Assembly: GCA_002269645.1 (NCBI GenBank) | Contig: NIVC01005084.1 | Span: forward strand, 1 to 26,679 | Reading direction: 5' to 3' | Source: Macrostomum lignano | Taxonomy: Eukaryota | Length of the DNA stretch: 26,679 nt | In this document: positions 1-10,395 of the stretch, piece after piece | How the letters are laid out: each line of letters opens with the position of its first letter | Numbering within the stretch: the first letter of the stretch is position 1 | Position numbers and translations under genes: made by a program | Notes under the pieces: generated by a model | Seen by the model: the letters and a program-made list of their open reading frames with translations, nothing else | Database searches by the model: none | Told to the model about the DNA's origin: nothing

Positions 1-1545
1 GGGGTTTTTTCAGGAGTGTCTTATGTCATTCAAAAGGGCATCCGATGGGCTACAATTTGACACCACACTCGAAAAAATTCGCCCAGTAATAAAAATTTTT
101 CTTTAACAACATATGCTTTTTTGGTCGAGTCCCCGGCCTCTTTTTTTCCCCGGTTTCGGGTCACTGCTCCGCACAGGTAGGTCCAAATGCTTAGAAAATT
201 TAGGAAAACAAATTTCCATATGTTTGACACGTTTTGTTAAAATCTCAACACCGTAGCTTAAAACACTTTCTTATTTTTGGAGACTACTTTTTGAAAACGT
301 GACCCAAATTTTCAAAAACACTCTTTTTGACCCTTGTAGCCATATAGAGCAGCAATGAATGGCCCAATCAAGCAGATCTCAGCATTTCCGAATAAAAGAC
401 ATCCATTTGAGTGATTTGGGTTGAAAAATTGAAAAAATCAAGATTTGCATCTGTATAGGATAAGCCTCTTTAAAGTGCACAAACGGTTTGTACTTTTCTT
501 TTAAAGTGCAGATAGGCAGCCATGTCAAAAGTACATTTTAGCCCAAAAAATTATAGCGCATCTAAAAGCCCCAGGTGTTGTTGACATTAGGCAGCAGCTC
601 AAAAGCCGCGCTATTGCGCGTCCTTTTCGCTGCAGTACGGGCAAGGTTGAAAAAACATGTACAAAAAATTGGCCGAAAAATTGCATTTTTAATAATCAGA
701 TGCAGTTTGCTCAAAAATACGAATTTTCCAGCCATATTGGCGTATGACCGGTGAAACTTTAGCTATTCGACTAAACAATATTGAAAATGCAGAAAAATCG
801 GTGCGCAAAATTTCTTATTTTTCGACTTCAAAGTTTGTACCCCAAATGGGCCGTTTTTCACTTAACAGGTAAAAAGTACCTGTTAACAGGGGTTTTTTCC
901 AGAGTGTCTTATGTCATTCAAAAGGGCATCCGATGGGCTACAATTTGACACTACACTCAAAAAAATTCGCCCCATTTTAAAAAAATTTCCTTAACAACGT
1001 TTGATTTTCTGCAGAGCCCCCGGCCTCTTTTTTCCCTGGTTTCCGGGTCACTGCTCAGCACAGGTAGGTCCAAATGCTTAGAAAATTTAGGAAAACAAAT
1101 TTCCAAATGTTTGACACGTTGTGTTAAAGTCTCAACACCGTAGCATAAAACACTTTCTTATTTTTTGGGACTACTTTTTAAAAACGTGACCCAATTTTTC
1201 GAAAATGTCGTTTTTAGGCACTCTTTGGCACCTGGGCAGGTTATTGATGGCCCAATCGGCCAGATCTCAATGTTTCCGAATAGAAGACATCCATTTGAGT
1301 AATTTGGTGTAGAAATATTAAAAAATAAAGTTTTCCATCTCGACGCCATAGGCCTCACAAAAGTGCACTAAAAATTTGTACTTTTAAACAGCAGATAGGC
1401 AGCCATGTGAAAAGTACATTTTAGCCAAAAAAACTACAGCGCATTAGACAGCTCAAAGTGTTGTCAACGCTAGGAGACAGCTCAAAGGCCGCGCGAAAGC
1501 GCGTCCTTTTCGCTGCGGTGAGGCAAAGTTGAAAAAAATGCCAAT
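1..1545. repeat. AT-rich tandem duplication, period ~888 bp (copy 1: 1-888; partial copy 2: 889-~1545)
   Basis: GGGGTTTTT..GAGTGTCTTATGTCATTCAAAAGGGCATCCGATGGGCTACAATTTGACAC at 1 recurs at 889; colinear blocks (CAGGTAGGTCCAAATGCTTAGAAAATT, GACATCCATTTGAG, CAGATAGGCAGCCATG, GCGCGTCCTTTTCGCTGC) continue at about +888 until ~1545, with many substitutions. Confidence 0.85.
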
Positions 1546-2016
1546 TTTTCGACCTCAAAAAACACGTTTTTTGTACTTTTACCTGTAAAGTGAAAGTACA
1601 ATCAAAAAATCCATTTCGGATCATTTTAGCGTTCGAATGCCCGCGTCTGCTGAGCCCACTCGCTAAGCGCTGCCATATTCTCAATCCTTATTTTTTGAGA
1701 TCAAATTTTTTGACAATGTCGAAAAAACGCAGTTTTTGGTTGCCATGGCAACCAAAACGCGTCGCCATGACAACCAAACACTGCGGATCTGTTAGCCCTA
1801 GGTCTTTGACGCATTTTGGCAAAAACCGTTTGTAAATCGGTCGTACCGTTTTTTATGCGCAGCGTTTCAAAGTTGAAAAACGTCATTTTTAGTGTGTCAC
1901 ATCTGTTGCACATCTTATCAGGGACGATTTCGCAAAAGTAAGCAGTATAGAAAAAAATTCTCGCTTCGCTCGCATTTTTTCCTATACTACTTACTGGCTC
2001 ATCGTCCCACAACTAG
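1..2016. mobile_element. Non-autonomous DNA/rolling-circle (Helitron/Helentron-like) element; right end at 2016
   Basis: Imperfect subterminal inverted repeat GGGACGAT..AGTAAGCAGTATAG (1921-1950) vs CTATACTACTTACT..ATCGTCCC (1982-2008) around a TCGCTTCGCTCGC loop, then terminal CTAG (2013-2016) abutting the Gypsy pol. No transposase seen; family assignment is inference. Confidence 0.4.
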
Positions 2017-5000
2017 ACATAAAATTAAATTAGATATAGCAGGTAAATCTCTAGAATTTAGCGATAGAATTCCGCTCGTGACATCGAGTGACGAAACGCG
2101 TTGCGTCCTACTGCAAGTAGTCAAGAAAGTATCTATATCACCGATGAGCGAAATTTATGTCAAGGCTAAATGTAAAGATATTCCAGAGACTGCAGAACTC
2201 GGCTTCATTTTAGGCCGCAGTCAAATCAGTGAGAAAGATGAGCCATTAGTAGCTAAAGCTATTACTAGATTAGACGAATTCGGTGAAACTTACGTTAGAT
2301 TAATGAACCTGACAGAAGAGGCACAGACAATTCATAAGGATGAGGTAGTTGCGCAGTATCAACCGCTGAAGGAAGACGTAGAACTTTTCGCAATGTCAGA
2401 AACTGATTTAGAAGTAGGTGCGCAGAAGCAACCAAAGGAGGCAGTCACGGTGCAAGAAGCAGACAGGCTTAGAGAACAATTCCGCTTAAACGAGACCGAT
2501 TTAAGTGAAGCTCAGAAGAGAAAAGTAATTGAATTATTACATCGTTACCAGAATATTGTTTCGAAGGACCAGTGGGACATCGGTAAAACCCAGATGGGCG
2601 AATTCAAGATTGAGACTACCGATGAAATTCCAGTCAGAATTCCCCTGCGCAAGCAAAGCCCAGAGCAACGAGAATTTGTTAGCGGGCATGTGCAGCAGCT
2701 GTTAGAGCACGATTTGATTGAGCCTTCAGAATCTGAGTGGAGCTGCCCTATTGTTCTCGCCCGGAAGAAGTCCGGAGAATTCAGATCTTGCTGTGACTTC
2801 AGACAGTTAAATAATAAGACCAAGACAGTTTTCCGCTACCGTTAATTCAAGAATCGCTAGAATCCCTGGCAGGCAACATGTACTTTAGCACCCTCGAAAT
2901 AGTCGGCGCTTATTGGTCAGTGAAGGCCAGAGAGGCTGACCGCGAGAAATTTGCGTTTCGAACCCATGATAGCCTGTTTCAGTGGAAAGTTTTGCCTTTC
3001 GGAGTCACGAACGGACCCGCTTGCTTTCAACGCATACCGTAATGCAGAAGATCTTAGGTGATTATACTTACAAGTTCGCCTTACTCTACCTAGATGATGT
3101 AATCTGCACAGGCAAGAATTTCGAAGAAATGCTCACTAATTTAGAACTAATATTTTCTCGGTTAGCAGAAGCTGGAATGAAAATCAAGCCAGAGAGGACC
3201 TTTCTGTTTCGGAAAGAAGTCACCTTCCTAGGGCACACTGTCTGCCAGCACGGTATTTATACTAGCAAAGATAAGATAGAAAAAGTCCAGACATGGCCCC
3301 GGCCAGAGAATATCTCTGAGCTGCGTGGATTCTTAGGCTTAGCAGGTTACTATCGCAGATTTATTAAGGCCTTTGCGCGTATAAGTGAGCCTTTAAATAA
3401 TTAAACTAGAAAAGATGTCAAGTATAAGTGGAATGACAGTTGCCTGAGGGCATTTGATTTATTAAAGCAGAAGCTAGTGAATGCACCTGTGCTGAGCTAC
3501 CCCAGGTTCGATAGCGACGCGGGACCGTTTATTCTCGATGTCGACGCGTGTGACGTAGCTATAGGTGGAAATTTATTACAAGAGCAAGATGGGGAAGAGA
3601 AAGTGATAGCCTACGCTTCCCATCCGTTAAACGAGCATCAGTTGAATTACTGCACTACGATGAAGGAAATGTTTGCGCTAATATATTTCTTAGAACATTA
3701 CCGGCCTTATCTGGTAGGCCGTCGTTTCAAGGTCAGGACAGACCACGCGGCCCTCCAATGGCTACGCAAGTGCCATGGTGCAAAAGGCATGTTAGGCAGA
3801 TAGGAATATGATTCTTGAGCAGTTTGATCAATTTGAAGTAATCTCGAGAATGGAAGAATATGACTTTGCAATTCAATACCGCCAAAGGATAGCCCATGGT
3901 AACGCAGACGCCCTGAGTCGCAGACCTCAGCGGGATGGTCCCCCGAAACGCTACCATGAGGAATGCCCCACGTGCAGTGCGACAAAGACTGCCACAGTCC
4001 ACTGCGGTGCAATAAATATCGATACGCCAGCGGGAATTGTAGAACTGCAGGAGAGCCAGCCAGAGTTGCTGCTGCTCAAGCAAAAGCTCAGGCAGGGAGA
4101 GCCCTGTCCGCCCAAGAACGAATGGGTTGGAATGAGTCGCAGTTATAAGTCATTATTAAGCGATTATGAGCAGCTAACAGTGAAGAATAACATAATTCAT
4201 AGAAACTGGACAGATTCAGAAGGCCGAAAATTTGAGCAGATTATATTGCAAGAGAATCCAGCCGTAGAGCAACAGCTGTTCCGGGCTTATCACGACCAGA
4301 TGGCCCACGGCGGTATTTCCAAGACAAAAGATTTGATTCGACAGAGATTCTGGTGGCCAAATTATTCAACAAACTTAGATAGATATATCAAGACTTGTAC
4401 TGAGTGCCAGACAAGGAGGAAATACGGGCCGAAGCCAAGAGCGCCTTTAGAACCAGAAGTAAGCAGTTACATGGGCGAAAAAGTCCATATAGATTTCGCC
4501 GGTCCGTTTAACGCCACGGCACGGGAGAACAAGTACCTCCTGCTGATGGTCGATCACTTTACGGGTTGGCTGGAGGTCAAGGCACTTAGAGATTGTACAG
4601 CTGAGAGTACAGCTTGGGCCCTGTACACAGAGTGGATCACTCGGCATGGTGCCCCTGAAGCATTCATATCAGACAGAGGAACATCATTTACGGCAGGATT
4701 AGTGAAGTCGCTAACCGAAAATTTCTGAATAGATCTGCGCCATACTACTAGCTACCATCCGCAGGCTAACGGTCGCTGCGAGCGCATGGTCAGAGTAGTG
4801 AAAGATGGAATCAGGTTAGCTCAGAGCGAACTTAGTTTGGCATGGGATGAGGTGCTTCCGCACGCTGTGATGGTTCAGCGAAGCACAGTCAGTGAAAGCA
4901 ATAAATTTAGCCCGCTCGAATTAGTCTATGGCCGAAAGATGCGGCTACCGGTTGATGCTGAGCTTGGATTGCCTTCGCCGGAGCGCAAGACCCGTGATAA

Positions 5001-5691
5001 GCATTTGCACGATCTGTATAAAAAGTGCATGGAATCGTATCGAATTGCCAGAGAAAAACAACAAATATCAGTCAGGCGGCAGAAGTCTAATTATGACGCT
5101 TAAGTATTCCAGCAGTATTATCAGCCAGGTGACCTGGTCTGGATAGAGAATACGCAGAACTGTTACGATACGAATAGGAAATGGGTAGGTCCGTACAGAG
5201 TGCTTGAAGTTAGAAATAATGGAAAAAAATTAAAGATTGAGCCCGGTCCGAAGGTTGACCGCATAGAGCAACCTGTCAGAATTCATGACGTAGTGACGGT
5301 AGACAGAACAAAGCCATGCTACTTGTCGGAAGAAAATTTGCGCCAGTATCGAGAAGAAGAAGCTGGAAGTGCTAGCGATGACGGCTCGGAGGAGTCAGAA
5401 AGAGTCCAAGTGGAGATTCGGAGGCCTGAGAGAATTAGATTTTTGCAACGTGAGAGAGCTCACGAAGCTACTGGAAGTAATGTGAATAGAACAGTGGAAA
5501 GCACTCAGACAGCGGCCAATGCCAACCAACAGGCCAGGCAGAGTCCTGTGCGCACTCCGCCGAATTTAATGCATCTGAGCCCCGTGCACAGTACGCCGCC
5601 GCAGCGGGCAGGCACGAGTAACATTAGCTGGATACCGCGGCTGCGAAACCGCGCGGCGATTAGACCCCCAGAGCGATATGGTCATCATTGA
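2017..5691 (+). pseudogene. pol: Decayed Ty3/Gypsy pol (end of protease/linker, RT, RNase H, integrase with GPY/F motif); 5' end (LTR, gag, protease core) missing
   Basis: RT: IEPSESEWSCPIVLARKK..FRSCCDFRQLN, FQWKVLPFG, LLYLDDVI. RNase H: FILDVDACDVAIGGNLLQ, NYCTTMKE, TDHAALQW, HGNADALSR. IN: HDQMAHGG..CTECQ zinc finger, HIDF/SDRG/CERM DDE triad, KWVGPYRV. Lesions: frameshifts at ~2830 and ~3035; in-frame stops at 3402-3404, 3801-3803, 4726-4728, 5101-5103; 37-nt extra segment at 3804-3840. Confidence 0.95.
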
Positions 5692-6266
5692 ATAGGGCCA
5701 TAGACAAAAATACTGTCGAGACGGAAATCTTCATTGTATTACTAATAGTAACTTGTCGAGACATACGCGAGAAAATTTGTAGATCGCAAGATGGAACTGG
5801 AGGAAAATTGATAATAGAAATTCAGAATTGGACATAATAAAGACTTGGAAGTGCTGATGTTGACACTGCAGTTGAGGGAGTTGGCGACGAACTGCTCGAG
5901 CTGTCACACCTGGTGGATTCCAGGATGCTCATGAGAGAGAAATACCATAGACGACCATAGAAGATATAAAACGCCGAAGGGTGCTAATTGAAATTGAAAT
6001 CGGAAAAGGGCCCAGATTGAAGTTGTCTGCGGTTCCACCGGCCAGCATATTAGGAAATATTATTATGAGATAAAATTATTAAGGAATAAATATTATTAAA
6101 AAATTATGAAAAACAGTCTTGCAGTAGAACTGACATGCGTGCATATTCGATAATAACATAAAAACTGTAAAAGGTTCATAAAAACAATACAAAAAAATAT
6201 TATTCCTAATTGCTTGAGTCAGAAACTGCTAGACACAAAAATATTAAACACTCACAGTACACTGAC

Positions 6267-6872
6267 ATGCTACATGTTGCAGCTGACATGGCTCAGCGAG
6301 AGGATGGGGAGATTCCCGACGGCGCTGCTGCGGTCCCGGAGGTGGACGTATTGGATGTGTGCGCCGCCGTCGACGATCTGGGTATGTCGGAGGCGACGGC
6401 GAAGCCATCACGAGCTGAACGGCGGCGGGAGCGGGCTCACAGGCACTACGAGCAACGACGTGCCGTGCGCCGCGCTGAACGCAAACTTGAGACATCGCCG
6501 ACGCTGACACGGCCACAGGTCTTTTCGGCCCTGAGGCGCTACATTAGAAACGACTGGAGCCGAAACCCGTTAGTAGATACGCTTCGTGCAAAGATCCGGC
6601 ACGTGCGGCTTGCTGGTCAGCAAGGCGGCATCCCGATGCCCGAATTGTTCGACACGATGGCGACGGCCGTGTCGGTGGCCATTGCCTTTACGCCCCGCCA
6701 GCGGATGCCAGACACGAGCATCGACGACATCCGAACGGCCATTTCAATTTTTTGCTATCTTGGCAGTCTATTTCGTATCAGTGTATTTTACAATTGCCGC
6801 AGTGAAATTGAGGGGTGCTTGCTTGACTTATTGCGCTGGGCAGCGGAGTACACTGTGGTCGCTGGCTATTAG
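6267..6872 (+). CDS. ORF-A, ~200-aa protein of unknown function (acidic N-terminus, Arg/Glu-rich helix, hydrophobic helical C-terminus)
   Basis: Intact GC-rich ORF within AT-rich flanks; ATGs at 6267 and 6288; CAG acceptor-like sites at 6255-6257 and 6280-6282; AATAAA at 6875-6880 just after the stop. No family recognised. Confidence 0.5.
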   Translation: MLHVAADMAQREDGEIPDGAAAVPEVDVLDVCAAVDDLGMSEATAKPSRAERRRERAHRHYEQRRAVRRAERKLETSPTLTRPQVFSALRRYIRNDWSRNPLVDTLRAKIRHVRLAGQQGGIPMPELFDTMATAVSVAIAFTPRQRMPDTSIDDIRTAISIFCYLGSLFRISVFYNCRSEIEGCLLDLLRWAAEYTVVAGY

Positions 6873-6973
6873 ATAATAAAACTGCTAATTTTAAACTACT
6901 GTACGTATTCGCACCAAGCGCCTATTTTTAAGTACCAAAGTACCTAAGGCGAGCACAAGCCTCAGCACGTGGA

Positions 6974-7378
6974 ATGCCTACAGTGCGACGAGCTTCTGTG
7001 CAAGACATGCAGCGCCATGGTGCACAAATACCCGGCTTGCAGACGGAAGCCAACGGCGCTGTCTCCGGCCTGCGAGATACCGTCAGCAGACAGGAGTCTG
7101 AGCTGGATGCCGTGCGCCGGGAGCGCAACAATGCTCTAGCTCTACAGGCCAAGACGGCGAAGGAAATAAACTGCCTCCGCAGCACGATTGCGCAGCTCCG
7201 GCAGAAGCGACAAGCCACCACCGCTGAGGCGCAGTCGGTGGCTGAATCTCTGTGCTCGTTGGCGTCCCGAGTGGCTGCAGGCTCGGCTACTGCAAGCAGC
7301 TTGTCTGCTCCTGCTGCCACTGTGGAGTCTGTGGACGAGCTCTACGACTTAATTCAACCAGCCGTCGCTACCCTGTAG
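6974..7378 (+). CDS. ORF-B, 134-aa predicted coiled-coil protein of unknown function
   Basis: Heptad-like segment LRDTVSRQESELDAVRRERNNALALQAKTAKEINCLRSTIAQLRQKRQ; GC-rich island; frame open from 6932, with AG acceptor candidates at 6931/6940/6948; the same frame stays open ~70 codons past the TAG. Confidence 0.5.
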   Translation: MPTVRRASVQDMQRHGAQIPGLQTEANGAVSGLRDTVSRQESELDAVRRERNNALALQAKTAKEINCLRSTIAQLRQKRQATTAEAQSVAESLCSLASRVAAGSATASSLSAPAATVESVDELYDLIQPAVATL

Positions 7379-7827
7379 CTCCACATTGGCCAACTCTGCG
7401 CCAATGGCGCCCTTACGGCAGCAGCGCTCCGATTACACGGAGTCCCAAACCATTTTACAGGCTGCACTGTTATGGAAAATCTTTCAATATGCTTGAAGTG
7501 GCCAGCGCTTGGAAGGAGAGTTAAGTGCAGTATTACACAGTATGTATTAAACCGGACTGTCAGTACCCTATTTCCGATACCTGGATTTTAAAAAAATCAA
7601 CGATAAACAAAAATAAATGCATAATTTAAGCTTTTTAGACCTTTCCCTGCATTTTTAAGGCAAAGAAAGCAAGCTTAGCATTGTTTTTAATGAATAAACC
7701 TTCAGTAAAAGAAATAAAATAAATGAACGAATGAAAAAAATCACTAGCTACTGTAGACGAATAGTCTAATACGAGTGTGTAGAATTATAAAAACTGACAA
7801 TTCCACTATATTTGCCTTCTTTCGTAG

Positions 7828-8577
7828 CCGTAACATGCTACTTCTGCGGTAGGGGGCACCGGGTGGCGCGATGCGAGGCCGTCCGCCAGTACTACGCACA
7901 GCAACAGGAGCAGCAGCAGCACAAGCAGAAGCAGTACCCACCATCGCCACCGACAGCCTGAGCGCCATCACGGCCCTGAGCGCCGGGCCACTTAGGCAGA
8001 GGGACTCAGTGGCAGCCGACTGCTGGCAGCTCATCCTGAACCTGACCGAGCTAGGTACCAGGACCGGCTTCTGCTGGGTCCCGGCCCACTGCGGTATAAC
8101 CGGCAACGAGGCTGCCAACCAGGCAGCGGCCAGGGCAGCAAACCTCGACCTAGGCCATGCCCCGATCCAGATGGACGCCACCAGAGCGTCCTGGACACCG
8201 CAGCAGTCGGCCCTTTCTAGAGCCTGCCTCTGGGCCTGCCGCGGAAACTGCAGGTCCTGATTAACCAGCTGCGCGCGGGCGCCAGCATGATCGACAAGAA
8301 AACTCGCCACCGGCTCGGCATCGACGCGTCCCCCTGTGCCCCGACTGCGGCGAGGTGGACAGCGCCGACCACGTCGTCCTCCGCTGCCCAAGAGGCGACC
8401 GCCACCGAGCCTAACGCGGAATTCCATTCGAGAACTTGGAGAACCCGGCCGCGGTCATCGAGCTCCTGCGCAGTATGGGGTGCCTCTAGCACCCCGCCAT
8501 TATCGGTCTTCCGGCTCGGGCGCGCCCTGAAGCAGAAAGAAAGAAAGCACCAGCACCAGCAGGGGCGGCATGATTAA
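7828..8577 (+). pseudogene. Terminal exon encoding a CCHC zinc knuckle and a Gln/His-rich tail, interrupted by a LINE insertion
   Basis: Branch-like CTGAC (7794-7798), pyrimidine tract and TAG acceptor (7825-7827); frame reads VTCYFCGRGHRVARC (7836-7874, C-X2-C-X3-H-X4-C) then EAVRQYYAQQQEQQQHKQ. Removing 7931-8529 plus one TSD copy restores in-frame KERKHQHQQGRHD* (stop 8575-8577). Confidence 0.5.
7931..8529 (+). mobile_element. 5'-truncated non-LTR retrotransposon (I-group-like: RNase H plus C-terminal CCHC finger), 8-bp TSD
   Basis: RNase H motifs TDSLSAITAL and FCWVPAHCGITGNEAAN; after frameshifts, LQVLINQLRAG and CPDCGEVDSADHVVLRC; flanked by AAGCAGAA at 7923-7930 and 8530-8537. The 3' boundary is ambiguous because the flank GAAAGAAAG could partly be tail. 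Confidence 0.85.
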
Positions 8578-8666
8578 AACTGTCTGTACTCGCGATTTAC
8601 TTAGTTATTAAGCGCGTTCGGCAAAAAAGCACCAGCCGTGTTTTCTGTGGCACAAATTAAAGTTAA

Positions 8667-9029
8667 TTATATTACCTAAAACACTGTTGTTCGTTCGTTG
8701 ACGTTGACGTTTGTGGCATTATTTCTGCAGTTGAGAAGCCAAAGGAAGTGCAAAATGGTTCCGGAAAGCTCGTCCATTTGGCAAAAGTTACTATTGTTGA
8801 TAAGTCTGGGTCGTCTGTGTCCTGCACTTTTTGGCCAGTTCTGCGCAGGTGAAAAAACTGGTCTGTCGGCGACATTCTCGCTATTCATGGTTGTCAAGTC
8901 CAAGAGTACGCCCAAATGATAAGCCTCGGCTGTTCGCAGGTAGAAGTGCATCACTGGCTGCACATGACACCAATACCGATCTTTGATGAAATCCATGACA
9001 GATTTCATTTCAATTTTTTAGATTTTTAA
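8667..9029 (+). pseudogene. RPA70-like OB-fold (ssDNA-binding) domain, disrupted; absent from the supplied ORF track
   Basis: Frame reads FVDVDVCGIISAVEKPKEVQNGSGKLVHLAKVTIVDKSGSSVSCTFW..KNWSVGDILAIHGCQVQEY, matching the RPA1 DBD-A/B pattern (VDIIG..I.L.D.SG..V.ATLW....VLAIKGARVS.F). The TGA at 8850-8852 disappears if one G is added after TGG and one A is removed from the A6 run (TFWASSAQVKNW). No ATG in frame. Confidence 0.7.
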
Positions 9030-9461
9030 CCACTTATGCCCCAGTACAGAATTTTGCGAACAGAATATTATAATGGCATTAAATATTTAAAGTATTATTT
9101 AATTCCACCATAGCATGTCATTACTACGAATGACTGTACATGTACGTGTACCATTGGATACTTGCATATGCCGAGCGTCACTAGATGCTCTCCTACACAG
9201 AACAGTATGTTATCACACTACATGACCGTAGAGCCCGATTGTTGTAATCCAAGTATGAACTGTAGGATAATACGAAGCTGAATAGATTCACTGAACGTTT
9301 TGACATTTTTGTCAATTCTACGATAAGCAGAGCAGAGTCGAGGGCGAGTATTAAATTGACCTTGGGAAAGGAACTAACATTTTCTCAAGTAATTTTTAAG
9401 TCCTAGTTTAAAGTATTTAAAAGTACAAAAAAGGTTTTAAACATATTATGCCCTACATAAA

Positions 9462-9600
9462 TCCCATATACTAAAAATGAGTTGTCTGTAGCAATGCGAT
9501 AGATTTCAGAAAAAATGGCTCAACCGATTTTCTTCAAACTTGCACCATTCGATCAGAAATTTTTCTTGGGACGGTACATGCATCTTGGCTAAGAAATTGC
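9462..9600 (+). mobile_element. Helitron-like non-autonomous element 5' end (3' limit not defined)
   Basis: A|TC start followed by ATATACTAAAAATGAGTTGTCTGT..GGCTCAACCGATTTTCTTCAAACTTG, a pattern resembling 5' ends of invertebrate non-autonomous Helitrons; recognised from memory of such families only. Confidence 0.4.
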
Positions 9601-9930
9601 TCAATTCTAAAGAGATTAAATATTCGAAAAACATGTTTATTTGCAATGTCAAGCAAAATTTTCGACTTGAAATGCATTGTAAGAATGCTAGATAAAAACC
9701 TGACTGACTGAATTCCAATTCTGATAAAGATTGCATCACAACAAGTTGAAAAGAGTGCCGAAGAAATGCACACACAACTTGATTAAAATTGCGTAATAAT
9801 ATTGCTAACTTACATTGAGACTGATACTGGCTGACTGAGAAATTGATTATGTCATAACTTTCTACTCTCACTGACTTGCTGTAAGAATTGAATTATAAGG
9901 GCCACAATTCATGTTTTCCAATTGACAAGA

Positions 9931-10000
9931 GATAGCATAGATGCGAACAGACTGGACTGCTAATGCAGCGACCTGGGTTCGAATCTTAGTAGTGCAAAAA
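9931..10000 (+). other. Degenerate tRNA-derived sequence (SINE head or tRNA pseudogene)
   Basis: A-box-like TAGCATAGATGCG (9933-9945), anticodon-arm-like CTGGA-CTGCTAA-TGCAG, T-arm CTGGG-TTCGAAT-CTTAG with B box GGTTCGAATC (9976-9985), T-run downstream. The acceptor stem does not pair, so it is not a functional tRNA. Confidence 0.45.
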
Positions 10001-10056
10001 GATTTTTTTTATTAAAACACCTTAAAAACACAAAATGCTAAACACAAAAAAGCACA

Positions 10057-10395
10057 ATGTCAAACATTAAAGAGCCATCATGTCAAACATAAAAGAGCCA
10101 CCATGTCAAACATAAAAGGACCACCATGTCGAACATTAAAGAGCCACCATGTCAAACATTAAAGAGCCATCATGTCGAACATTAAAGAGCCACCATGTCA
10201 AACACTAAAGAGCCACTATGTTAAACATTAAAGAGCCACCATGTCGAACAATAAAGAGCCACCATGTCAAACATTAAAGAGCCACCATGTCAAACACTAA
10301 AGAGCCACTATGTCAAACATAAAAGAGCCACCATGTCAAGCATTAAAGAGCCACTATGTCAAACATAAAAGAGCCACCAGGTCAAACATAAAAGA
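10057..10395. repeat. 23-bp minisatellite (ATGTCAAACATTAAAGAGCCACC), ~14-15 copies
   Basis: Directly visible tandem units with 1-3 variants each. Confidence 0.95.

Noticed and set aside
5878-5895. TTGGCGACGAAC resembling a Mag-type PBS downstream of pol
   Set aside because: Short match, no preceding LTR end, wrong position for a PBS.
7744-8492. 227-aa and 91-aa minus-strand ORFs
   Set aside because: Antisense shadows of the GC-rich LINE fragment and knuckle exon.
10057-10395. Repeated perfect Kozak context GCCACCATG in the 23-bp minisatellite
   Set aside because: The unit length is not a multiple of 3 and each ATG frame closes within ~20 codons; most likely coincidence.
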